A stretch of 64,000 bases of DNA from Candidatus Methanomethylophilaceae archaeon (lineage in GTDB: Archaea; Thermoplasmatota; Thermoplasmata; Methanomassiliicoccales; Methanomethylophilaceae), in the NCBI GenBank assembly GCA_050944155.1, contig JBMNQN010000004.1, positions 1 through 64,000 of the forward strand, written 5' to 3'. Shown one piece after another: positions 27,775 to 37,075 of this stretch; the stretch's first letter is position 1; every line of letters begins with the position of its first letter. The position numbers and the translations under genes were made by a program. The notes under the pieces were generated by a model. That model was given only the letters and a program-made list of their open reading frames with translations. It was not told the origin of the DNA and did no database searches.

Positions 27775-29889
27775 ATGTCGAGAAACGCCCGATTTTACGA
27801 TGACTATATAATATCTGGCAAATATTTCTTTTCAGTTCTATCTAAAGGCGGGATTATCTTGAGTTGTCTGACTGGTTACCTTGACGTGGAAGATGCAGAG
27901 GATTGCATCGAAAAAGAGGTCCAGTTGATCGATGTCAAATCATATCCCGTTAGGGATGTACTTGAGATCCTACTTCAGGACAAGTCCGCCAAGAAGGTCA
28001 AGAAGAACATCATTTGGGCAACGGATGCCTACAAGGGTTATGGAGATAACTGTGGCGATACCAGTCAGATAATCCCGCAGGTGTTCTTCACCGGGAAACA
28101 GATTGTTCTGCAACCTAGGACCGAGAAGGCCTTGGAGCAGCAGCAGGAAAGGACCAGGAAGAAAGCGGAGGTTTTCACCCCCGTTTGGTTGTGCAACATG
28201 ATGAACAACTATGCGGATGAGGAATGGTTCGGCCGCAAGGATGTATTCAATCACGAGAATGGGGATCACACTTGGACAGTGAATGAGGCGAAGATCCAAT
28301 TCCTGGAAGGAAAGACCTGGAAGGATTACGTCGATTCCAGGAGACTGGAGATCACCTGCGGGGAAGCTCCGTACCTGGTCTCCAGATATGATGCGGCGAC
28401 CGGGGATTATGTGCTCCCGTTGCTGAGACGCGTGGGCATACTGGACAGGAAGCTCCGTGTGGTGAACGAGAACGCCGAATCCCTAGAGGAATGGAACAAA
28501 TGGGTCGAGAGGGCGTTCCAGAGCTGCTACGGATATGAATGGCAGGGTGACAGCCTCCTGATTGCGAGGATCAACCTGCTGATGACCTTTTACGATTACT
28601 ACAAGGCGAGATGGGATTCGATTCCAGAACAAGAGCATTTGAAAAAAATTGCTAATGTTATAAGCTGGAATATTTGGCAGATGGATGGTCAGAATGATGT
28701 CGTACCATTTGGAAAACCATACCAAGGATTCCGTCAGATGACGTTATTTGATTCCTTTGAAGAAAATAAAAATCAGGAAACGGAGACGGTCCCTTGTAAG
28801 ATCTATGATTGGAGAAGAGATAATTCGCTGTTATTCAGAGACTGCAAATCGAGGGGTAAGATGAGCAAGAAGATGTTTGATTTTGTGATTGGAAATCCGC
28901 CATATCAGGAGATTAATGACAAAAATACTAGGCAACCACCAGTTTACCATCTTTTCATGGATGCTGCTTTCAAGGTGGGAACAGCGGTTGAATTAATTAC
29001 ACCAGCTAGATTTTTATCAAATGCGGGTCAAACCCCAAAAGAATGGAATCAACAAATGCTCAACGATGAGCATTTTAAAGTGTTGTATTTTGAAAGCGAT
29101 GCCTCTAAGGTTTTTTCAAATACGGAAATTAAGGGTGGAGTTGCAATAACTTACCATGATGACAACAACATTGTTGGTCCTATCGGGACGTTTACCCCTT
29201 ATCCAGAACTGAATAACATAATGAAAAAAGTCTCATCCCACAATTTTACCCCGTTGAGTGAGATTGTTTCATCAAGAGGCACCTATCGTTTCTCTGAACA
29301 ACTATATCTGGACCATCCTGAAGCAAAGGAATATGCTGATACTGGAACAGGCAATATGATTGCTTCAAACACGCTAAGCAATCTTCAAAATGTATTCACA
29401 GATTCGCCTTCGTCCCAAGATTGTGTGAAAATAATCGGTAGACTCGATAACAAAAGAGTTACAAAATTCATTGAGAGACGTTACCTCATCGATAATGAAT
29501 ATCTAAGAACATTCAATGTATTACTTGCTGAAGCCAATAATAATGGGAGATTTGGTGAAGTATTAACTACAACCATCATTGCACCCCCTGACATTGGCGC
29601 ATCTGATACTTTCATCAGTATCGGATGTTTATCCTCCAAAGAAGAGGCCGACAATGTTGCACTATACTTGAAAACCAAATTTTTACGTTCATTACTTGGA
29701 ATCAAAAAAGTTACGCAACATAATCCAAAGTCTGTGTGGGTCCATATACCCATTCTTGATTTTACGCCATCGTCAGATATTGATTGGTCAAAATCTATCC
29801 CAGAGATTGATAGGCAGCTCTATTCCAAATATCATCTTTCTGTAGAAGAAATGGAGTTTATTGAAACTCATGTCCAGGAGATGAACTGA
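27775..29889 (+). CDS. Eco57I-like N6-adenine DNA methyltransferase / RM subunit
   Basis: KAEVFTP, LEITCGEAPY, IGNPPY, ITPARF, low-GC C-terminal TRD; start may be TTG 27859. Confidence 0.88.
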   Translation: MSRNARFYDDYIISGKYFFSVLSKGGIILSCLTGYLDVEDAEDCIEKEVQLIDVKSYPVRDVLEILLQDKSAKKVKKNIIWATDAYKGYGDNCGDTSQIIPQVFFTGKQIVLQPRTEKALEQQQERTRKKAEVFTPVWLCNMMNNYADEEWFGRKDVFNHENGDHTWTVNEAKIQFLEGKTWKDYVDSRRLEITCGEAPYLVSRYDAATGDYVLPLLRRVGILDRKLRVVNENAESLEEWNKWVERAFQSCYGYEWQGDSLLIARINLLMTFYDYYKARWDSIPEQEHLKKIANVISWNIWQMDGQNDVVPFGKPYQGFRQMTLFDSFEENKNQETETVPCKIYDWRRDNSLLFRDCKSRGKMSKKMFDFVIGNPPYQEINDKNTRQPPVYHLFMDAAFKVGTAVELITPARFLSNAGQTPKEWNQQMLNDEHFKVLYFESDASKVFSNTEIKGGVAITYHDDNNIVGPIGTFTPYPELNNIMKKVSSHNFTPLSEIVSSRGTYRFSEQLYLDHPEAKEYADTGTGNMIASNTLSNLQNVFTDSPSSQDCVKIIGRLDNKRVTKFIERRYLIDNEYLRTFNVLLAEANNNGRFGEVLTTTIIAPPDIGASDTFISIGCLSSKEEADNVALYLKTKFLRSLLGIKKVTQHNPKSVWVHIPILDFTPSSDIDWSKSIPEIDRQLYSKYHLSVEEMEFIETHVQEMN

Positions 29890-29890
29890 T

Positions 29891-32800
29891 ATGGTTAGTG
29901 GCGTCAAGATCCACACATCGGAAGCAATTACTCCGATGATCTACGCATACACCACGCCGGAGATCAGGCGCCACGATGGTTGGATCAAGATCGGTTACAC
30001 CGAACAGACCGTGGAGAAACGTATCGGCGGACAGACACATACAGCAGACGTCCAATGGGAGCTCCAATGGAAAGGTACCGCCATATTCGATGACGGTACC
30101 GGAGACACATTCAGGGACGAGGAATTCCACGAATTCCTCCGCAAGCACGGTATCAAACAGCAGACGGAGAACAAGAACGAATGGTTCTGCATCTCCAAGG
30201 AGGAATCATACAGACTGTTCATGGAGTTCAGATCCGAGAGAGGAGCGATCAAGACCAAAGGTGTCATCCCCTACTCTCTCAGGAATGAACAGAACGAGGC
30301 CGTCGAGCGTGCCAATGACTATTTCAAACTCAACCCGGAAGGGGAGTTCCTATGGAATGCCAAACCTCGCTTTGGTAAAACACTGTCAGTTTACGACCTT
30401 TGCAAGCGTCTAGGTGCTAAGGATGTTCTGATTGTCACCAACAGGCCAGCCATAGCCAATTCCTGGTATGACGATTACTGCAAGTTCATCGGTGACGAAT
30501 CCGGATACAGGTTCATCAGCGAGGTAGATGCACTCAAAGGCCAGCCACACGCTATCACTCAAGAGAAATACACCGAACTGAAGAGGACACATCCGGAGAT
30601 CAAGCGCATCGAGTTCCTCAGTCTTCAGGACCTGAAGGGATCCATCTTCTTCGGCGGCAAGTTCGATAAACTAAAGCACATCCGCGATACCGAATGGGAT
30701 CTTCTGGTCATCGACGAAGCTCACGAGGGAGTTGACACCTTCAAGACCGATGTGGCATTCGACCACATTAGGCGCAGGAACACACTGCATCTATCAGGTA
30801 CACCATTCAAGGCCATAGCCAATGACAAGTTCCCGCAGGATGCGATATACAACTGGACATACGTCGACGAACAGAAGGCCAAGAGTGAATGGGTCGACAT
30901 CCCCGGTACCCAGAATCCATATGAGAGATTGCCCACGCTATGTATGTTCACCTACCAGATGTCCGAGATCGTACAGGCAAGGGTGGAACGCGGCATCGAG
31001 ATTGACGGGGATCCCGAAGAGTTTGCATTCGATCTAAACGAGTTTTTCAAGACCAAGGCCAACGGCGAATTCGTCTACGATTCCGCAGTGGATGCCTTTC
31101 TGGATGCACTCGCCAATCAGGAGAAGTATCCGTTCTCAACCGAGGCATTACGCAATGAATTAAAACACACCCTGTGGCTCCTGAACCGTGTCGACAGCGC
31201 AAGAGCTTTAGCAAAGAAGCTCAACGAACATCCGATCTTCAGGACCTTCAAGGTCGTTCTTGCCGCAGGTGACGGCAGCATCTACGATGTCAAGGAGAAC
31301 GAGAAATCCCTTGACAGGGTCAGGAAAGCGATTAGGGAATCCCCCAGGACCATCACACTTTCGGTAGGCCAATTGACCACCGGGGTCACTGTGCCAGAGT
31401 GGACTGCGGTGCTCATGTTGTCCAACATAAGCAGCCCTGCATTGTACATGCAGGCAGCCTTCAGAGCGCAGAACCCCTATTCCTTCAGAGAGGGCAAGGA
31501 ATACCGCAGGAAGGAGACCGCATACGTCTTCGACTTCGACCCCGCCCGGACGCTGGAAATCTTTGAGAAGTTTGCCAACGACCTCTCCGCATCCGCCAAG
31601 AATGATATGGATGCACGCAAGAACAACGTCCGCGAACTCCTGAACTTCTTCCCCGTCATAGGCGAGGACGAAGAGGGTAGGATGATCGAACTGGATGCCG
31701 AGAAGGTCCTGTCGATTCCAAGAGTTCTCCGTTCCAAGGAAGTCGTTCGCAGCGGATTCATGTCCAACTACCTTTTCCAGAACATCAGCAATGTGTTCGG
31801 TTCTCCTGAAGCCGTCATTGACATCATCAAGAAGTTCGACGAAACAAAACAATCCGGCCCGATCACCGCAGGGAAGGCACTCTATATCGATGACGAGGGG
31901 AACGTACAGGTTCCTGAGGACAAGGTCATCGGTACTGCAGTAGGGCTCTTCGGAGACAAGATATACTTCGACCCGGGGCAGTTCGACGATATCATCGACG
32001 ATGCCCAGAACGGTCTCGAACCTCCGAAGGAGGAGCAGGAGATTAAAAAGCTCCTGAATCAGTTCAACAAGGATGTCACCGAACCCATGCTGCAGACTGC
32101 CAAGGACAAGTATGGGAAGGATCTCTCCGCATCATCTCAGAAGACGTTATCACGCAAGATCAACTCCGATGCCGAGACCACCATCAAGAAGGCTGTCAAG
32201 GACCATCAGATCATCCAGAACACCCTGGATTCGGAGATGGAGAATGCCATCAGCACTGTATCCACCATGGAGGAGCGCAACCGTATAGTCCAGGAGTACG
32301 AGGGCAAGAAAGAAGATGCCACAAGGGAATTCAAGCAGGGTCTGAACGGAAGAATCGAACAGCTCGTGAAATCCGCGGGACAGGACATCGCTAGACAGGT
32401 GCAGACCGACCAGGTCAAGAAGGACATCCATGAAGTGGAGGACAAGGTCAGGAGCCATCTGAGGGGATTCACAAGGACAATCCCCGCATTCCTCATGGCT
32501 TACGGGAAGGACTGCGATGTCACTCTCCAGAACTTCGACAAGATAATCCCCGGGAGCGTGTTCAAGGAAGTTACCAGCATAACCCTCCAGGAATTCAGGC
32601 TGCTCCGTGACGGTGGATCCATCGTCAACGAACAGGGCGTGAAAGAATACTACGAAGGTCATCTGTTTGATGAGGTTGTGTTCAACGATTCCGTGAAGGA
32701 GTTCATGAAGCTCAGGAAGAGACTGGCCAATTACTTCGATGAATCATCCGAGGAGGACATTTTCGACTACATCCCGCCACAGAGGACCAACCAGATCTTC

Positions 32801-34033
32801 ACTCCGAAGAAAGTGGTCAGGGACATGGTCAACAAGCTGGAGATCGAGAATCCGGGATGCTTCGATGATGAGACCAAGACCTTCGCCGATCTTTACATGA
32901 AGTCTGGACTATATCTCGCCGAGATCGTTAAAAGGCTCTATCAGAGCAAGCGCATCAAGATGCTATTCCCCGATGACAAGGAACGTCTGGCACATATCTT
33001 CTCCAAGCAGGTATATGGCCTTGCTCCAACGATGATCATCTACCGCATCTGCAAGTCCTTCCTGCTCGGATTCGATGACGATGTCCACATAATCAAGGAC
33101 AATATCCGCCTCTGCGATTCCCTGAAGTTCGCAAAGGACGGAGATCTGGAAGCCGAATTGAAGAAAGTGTTCTCTGACGATTATGAGGAGCCTGTTGATG
33201 ACTATACTGATCCCGAAACTGATTCCAATATAGTAATCGGTGAGTTCCCGGCGTACAAGGAAGCTAAGGACAAGGAGCGCTTCACCGTCACTTCCAGGGT
33301 GAAGAGCGTCAGACAGCCCCGTGGCGGATACATCAACCCCAAGGACATGGACAGGATCGGATTCAGCGACGGTATAGAGCTGTTCGACGAATCCATATCG
33401 CCATCCACGATGGGGATGGTCGTCGACTATATGACACGTTTCGACCAAGGAGCTCCTGCATCGGAGGCCTTCAGGATCAGCATCAAGGGTGCAGAGATGT
33501 GCAACAGGGAGAAGGAAGCGAATTCCTATCTGGAACACATCAAAGGCCTTGATGACGATTCTATACTCAATGCCTGCAGGCTGGTATGGTTTGACCAGGT
33601 CTTCAGGACCGGAACCAGAGGATTCGGAGACCCACTGGATGCCGTTCCTGACCACGAAACATGCGAGAACGTACGTACGATGGTCAAACGTGCTGCCACA
33701 TTCTTCAAACAGTTCGGGCCTGTCGTGGAGGACGGTCCTGTATTCCCCGGAGGATATACAGATGTGATTGTCTCTGGTGACGGTGATTTCACGACCAAAG
33801 ACACGATATGGGACTTCAAAGTCTCCAAAAATGAGCCCACGATTTACAACACGCTGCAGGTCGCCATATATTACCTTATGGCGCACCACTCAATAGTTGA
33901 AAGTCACCGCAAGATATCAAAGATAGGATTGTTCAACCCGCGTCTCAACGCCGCGTACACAATGGATATGAACAAAATCCCTCAATCGACGATAGAAGAA
34001 ATAGAGAAAGACATCATAGGATATGACAAGTAA
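29891..34033 (+). CDS. RM-associated SF2 helicase with N-terminal GIY-YIG-like and C-terminal PD-(D/E)XK-like domains
   Basis: IYAY...KIGYT...EWF; AKPRFGKT; IDEAH; LSGTP; QAAFRAQ; NQIFTP; C-terminal GDGDF...IWDFKVSK. Confidence 0.85.
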   Translation: MVSGVKIHTSEAITPMIYAYTTPEIRRHDGWIKIGYTEQTVEKRIGGQTHTADVQWELQWKGTAIFDDGTGDTFRDEEFHEFLRKHGIKQQTENKNEWFCISKEESYRLFMEFRSERGAIKTKGVIPYSLRNEQNEAVERANDYFKLNPEGEFLWNAKPRFGKTLSVYDLCKRLGAKDVLIVTNRPAIANSWYDDYCKFIGDESGYRFISEVDALKGQPHAITQEKYTELKRTHPEIKRIEFLSLQDLKGSIFFGGKFDKLKHIRDTEWDLLVIDEAHEGVDTFKTDVAFDHIRRRNTLHLSGTPFKAIANDKFPQDAIYNWTYVDEQKAKSEWVDIPGTQNPYERLPTLCMFTYQMSEIVQARVERGIEIDGDPEEFAFDLNEFFKTKANGEFVYDSAVDAFLDALANQEKYPFSTEALRNELKHTLWLLNRVDSARALAKKLNEHPIFRTFKVVLAAGDGSIYDVKENEKSLDRVRKAIRESPRTITLSVGQLTTGVTVPEWTAVLMLSNISSPALYMQAAFRAQNPYSFREGKEYRRKETAYVFDFDPARTLEIFEKFANDLSASAKNDMDARKNNVRELLNFFPVIGEDEEGRMIELDAEKVLSIPRVLRSKEVVRSGFMSNYLFQNISNVFGSPEAVIDIIKKFDETKQSGPITAGKALYIDDEGNVQVPEDKVIGTAVGLFGDKIYFDPGQFDDIIDDAQNGLEPPKEEQEIKKLLNQFNKDVTEPMLQTAKDKYGKDLSASSQKTLSRKINSDAETTIKKAVKDHQIIQNTLDSEMENAISTVSTMEERNRIVQEYEGKKEDATREFKQGLNGRIEQLVKSAGQDIARQVQTDQVKKDIHEVEDKVRSHLRGFTRTIPAFLMAYGKDCDVTLQNFDKIIPGSVFKEVTSITLQEFRLLRDGGSIVNEQGVKEYYEGHLFDEVVFNDSVKEFMKLRKRLANYFDESSEEDIFDYIPPQRTNQIFTPKKVVRDMVNKLEIENPGCFDDETKTFADLYMKSGLYLAEIVKRLYQSKRIKMLFPDDKERLAHIFSKQVYGLAPTMIIYRICKSFLLGFDDDVHIIKDNIRLCDSLKFAKDGDLEAELKKVFSDDYEEPVDDYTDPETDSNIVIGEFPAYKEAKDKERFTVTSRVKSVRQPRGGYINPKDMDRIGFSDGIELFDESISPSTMGMVVDYMTRFDQGAPASEAFRISIKGAEMCNREKEANSYLEHIKGLDDDSILNACRLVWFDQVFRTGTRGFGDPLDAVPDHETCENVRTMVKRAATFFKQFGPVVEDGPVFPGGYTDVIVSGDGDFTTKDTIWDFKVSKNEPTIYNTLQVAIYYLMAHHSIVESHRKISKIGLFNPRLNAAYTMDMNKIPQSTIEEIEKDIIGYDK

Positions 34034-34045
34034 AGGATCTCAGAT

Positions 34046-34732
34046 TCAACTTACTTCGTCATCATCATCGAAGATTAGGGCCCTATCATCTACATCTATC
34101 TGGACGTCGTCATCGTCTCTATCTTTGACTTGTTTGTTTCCAGGAATGTCAATCATCAGTTCCCCCTCTTCATAAGCGACAGAACCACGACCCTGAGAGG
34201 AACAGGTGGCATTGATAAAATCCTGACCTAATACGGACGATTTGTAGAGGATTCTAGCTTTGTTTTCTCTTAATTTGTCAACCATACGTGCAACTGCTAC
34301 ACGAATATAGGTCTGAACAGAATCGAATTTCCATGTGTTTTGGTTTAGTAGAGATATGTATTCCTGTAACCCTTCAGTTATGGAATATGTCACCTTGTAT
34401 GGCTGTTCATCATTCGAATCGTCTTCCAATCCAACCTCAGACTTTTCGCAATAGACATTCAACTGTGTCAAAAGTTCTTCGCTAATTGCAGCTGTACGTG
34501 TCCAATACTCTTTGTTTGATCCTGGATTCGAAGACATATTTTTTAGAATGTAACTCAAAGTGTACTCGTTAAAGCGACGAACAGAATAGATTATGAAATC
34601 GGAACGATTGGTGAAATATTTGGTCATCTTGATCATAGCGACCATATCTTCCATCAATACCTTCGGAAATCTGATGCTGGTAACGTTAGTTTTGAACTGA
34701 ACCACGTCGGAACCGCTGCCCCTTCTAGCCAC
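34046..34732 (-). CDS. Putative repressor with RHH-like domains
   Basis: TSIRFP...NRSDFIIYSVR and a second repeat SVQTYIRVAV; divergent from the RHH operon. Confidence 0.65.
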   Translation of the reverse strand: MARRGSGSDVVQFKTNVTSIRFPKVLMEDMVAMIKMTKYFTNRSDFIIYSVRRFNEYTLSYILKNMSSNPGSNKEYWTRTAAISEELLTQLNVYCEKSEVGLEDDSNDEQPYKVTYSITEGLQEYISLLNQNTWKFDSVQTYIRVAVARMVDKLRENKARILYKSSVLGQDFINATCSSQGRGSVAYEEGELMIDIPGNKQVKDRDDDDVQIDVDDRALIFDDDDEVS

Positions 34733-34785
34733 GGTGTATAATTAATCTCATACTCTTAAATAATTCTGTATACGTTAATAAGTCC

Positions 34786-34803
34786 AAACTTAATATTAAG
34801 TTT
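34786..34803. promoter_or_regulatory. Perfect 18-bp palindrome in the divergent promoter region (candidate operator)
   Basis: AAACTTAATATTAAGTTT between divergent RHH genes, flanked by TATA-like sequence. Confidence 0.6.
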
Positions 34804-34876
34804 TAAATATCGGCCCCGTCCATATCTGTACCGAGGTTGACGGACACTCGGTTCGAAAATCTCAAGAGGCAAAGCT

Positions 34877-35035
34877 ATGAGAAAGAACTGCAAGACCTAC
34901 GCCAGGCTTTCAGAAAACGAATCAAGGAGAATGGATGAACTGATCGATCAGGGATTCGCCTTCAACAGATCCGAATTCATACGCCAGGCCATCAGGTACT
35001 ACATAGCATTGTGCGAGAGGGGGTATTTCGAATGA
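34877..35035 (+). CDS. 52 aa CopG/RHH protein (absent from ORF track)
   Basis: MRKNCKTYARLSENESRRMDELIDQGFAFNRSEFIRQAIRYY; SD AGAGG upstream. Confidence 0.8.
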   Translation: MRKNCKTYARLSENESRRMDELIDQGFAFNRSEFIRQAIRYYIALCERGYFE

Positions 35036-35289
35036 CCCAGATCGCCAAAGATGCTACCAAAAAGGAGAGCGACAAAATGAAAGACGACTCCAATGACATG
35101 TTCTACAAGAACATGGCCGGACCAAGGGAGATCGTTCTTTGCGGAAAGGTGTCCAAACCGTTATCGGATCAAGTGCGCCTTCTCGTCAAGAACGGGAGAT
35201 ACGGAACGATCAACGACTTCGTTGAACAGGCAATCCTGGAGAAGATGAAGCGTGAAACGGAAGACGGGGGGATCAATTATGGAGACTGA
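35032..35289 (+). CDS. RHH-like DNA-binding protein
   Basis: LVKNGRYGTINDFVEQAILEK; ATGA overlap with upstream ORF. Confidence 0.7.
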   Translation: MTQIAKDATKKESDKMKDDSNDMFYKNMAGPREIVLCGKVSKPLSDQVRLLVKNGRYGTINDFVEQAILEKMKRETEDGGINYGD

Positions 35290-35395
35290 GGCCCGCCGCA
35301 TCCCGCTCACGGAATCCTATTGCTTCAGACAGTTTAAGGTTTCCGTCTTCTCAGACAGGAACCGCAACCGTCTGCCCACGAAGGGGGGATTGTGA
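35279..35395 (+). CDS. 38 aa micro-ORF
   Basis: G-rich SD upstream; ends in TGATG overlap with the next ORF. Confidence 0.45.
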   Translation: METEARRIPLTESYCFRQFKVSVFSDRNRNRLPTKGGL

Positions 35396-35526
35396 TGGGA
35401 TTCCACTACTTTGAGAACGGTGTGTCGAGATACATCGACCACTACGACCCCCTACCCGACTACGACAGACCCCGCAGGACATACCGCAAGAGGATGCCTG
35501 AGTCGTACCCGAGGGGGTGGTGGTGA
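35395..35526 (+). CDS. 43 aa micro-ORF (Tyr/Arg/Pro-rich)
   Basis: TGATG overlaps at both ends; G-rich SD. Confidence 0.5.
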   Translation: MGFHYFENGVSRYIDHYDPLPDYDRPRRTYRKRMPESYPRGWW

Positions 35527-37073
35527 TGACGATCGCCATGCTCAACAACATGTACGACTTCTGCGAACCCTACAGGGACAGGAACGGTGAGATCAGATTC
35601 ACCGTCCTGCCCAAAGGGACGCTAAGGCTGAAGAACATCGGAATCGGCGATGCTCAGAAGGACGAGGACCTGATCCCGTTGACAAAGTACCTCAACATGT
35701 GCGAGGCCTGGAATCTTCCGGACGAGTTCACGAAGGGTTACCTCAACGACGGGCTGTTCAAGGACACTTCGGAACTGACTGACGAAATCAGGAACGTATC
35801 CAAGAAGATCGTGAATCTCTACGACAGATCGGTCTTCTTCATGGATGAGAATGACCAGGCCATCAACCTGCTTTTCATCCTGAACACATACTTCAAGGAC
35901 GAGATCAGGTACGCACCGAGGATAATCATCGAGGGAGTTACCTCATCCGGAAAGGGAAGGGTAGATTCTCTTCTCACGGAGCTCTGCTACCACGCCATCC
36001 CCGTCGGGGACGGCTCCTATGCTTCGAGCTTCAGAATGGCCTCCGACTACGATGCGACACCCATCTTCTCCGAGTTCGGGGACTACGGCAACCAGGACAG
36101 GAAACAGCTGTGCCAGATGCTGAAGGTCGGATTCGACAGGAACGGGAAGATGTTCAGATGCGCATCCAGCAACTTCAACAACGAGCCGCAGGTGTTCAAC
36201 GTCTTCACGCCCATGTCCCTGGATGTGAAGAGCATCGACGTCCTTCCGGAGGATGTAATCAACCGTTCGTTCCGCATCAACATGATGGAGAACCTCGGGA
36301 TGAAGAAGATCGACAGACAGTATGACCTGAAGGCATGCAGGGAGATCCGTACGGACCTCTACCGTCTCAAACTCCTTGCCGCGATCAGGAAGATCAGAGA
36401 CCGCGAGGAAGAAAAGGCCTTCCATCTGGACGAATTCATCGCCGACAGCATCAAGCTGCTGGAAGATGTGGATGAGGACGGATTCATCGTTCCCGCCGAT
36501 GGTTCTGGTATCAGAAACAACATCCAGGAGTTCACCAATCGTACCTTCGATATCGCCAGCGCCTACTACCCGTTCGCAAGGATAACCGGGACCGAGGACA
36601 ACCTGCTGACGAAACTGCAGATGATGCGTGACGTCAACAGGTCGAAGCTACTGAACACCGTCGAGGCCCTGGTATTCAACACATGGGTTTCCGAATCGCT
36701 GCTGCATTTCCAGAAGACCTTGGAGGACTTCATCTCCTATGCCCTGAAGATGTCCACCAAAGAGATCAAGGACATCCTTCTGGCGAATCTGTGGAATGAG
36801 GGCAACTCCGATGAACGTTTCAGGAACTTCAAGACCACCGACGTCACCAAGGCCCTGGAGTCCATCGGATTCCGCACATCCTACGAGCACATGCCCGGAC
36901 ATCAGACCTACGTTCAGAGGACACCGAACATCGAGAGACTGTTCCTCATAAACACGAGGAAATTCTGCGACGAGGAGACGTATTCACGCTTCCTTTCATT
37001 GAGTTTTACCAAGAAGCCGAGAACAGTGCCAGATGTCAAGAAATCACCCGCAATCGGTAAAAAGGGGGCCTGA
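35526..37073 (+). CDS. P-loop/AAA+-like protein, putative replication helicase of the element
   Basis: IIIEGVTSSGKG Walker A, degenerate Walker B (PIFSE), INRS arginine-finger-like motif; directly upstream of integrase. Confidence 0.6.
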   Translation: MTIAMLNNMYDFCEPYRDRNGEIRFTVLPKGTLRLKNIGIGDAQKDEDLIPLTKYLNMCEAWNLPDEFTKGYLNDGLFKDTSELTDEIRNVSKKIVNLYDRSVFFMDENDQAINLLFILNTYFKDEIRYAPRIIIEGVTSSGKGRVDSLLTELCYHAIPVGDGSYASSFRMASDYDATPIFSEFGDYGNQDRKQLCQMLKVGFDRNGKMFRCASSNFNNEPQVFNVFTPMSLDVKSIDVLPEDVINRSFRINMMENLGMKKIDRQYDLKACREIRTDLYRLKLLAAIRKIRDREEEKAFHLDEFIADSIKLLEDVDEDGFIVPADGSGIRNNIQEFTNRTFDIASAYYPFARITGTEDNLLTKLQMMRDVNRSKLLNTVEALVFNTWVSESLLHFQKTLEDFISYALKMSTKEIKDILLANLWNEGNSDERFRNFKTTDVTKALESIGFRTSYEHMPGHQTYVQRTPNIERLFLINTRKFCDEETYSRFLSLSFTKKPRTVPDVKKSPAIGKKGA

Positions 37074-37075
37074 AG

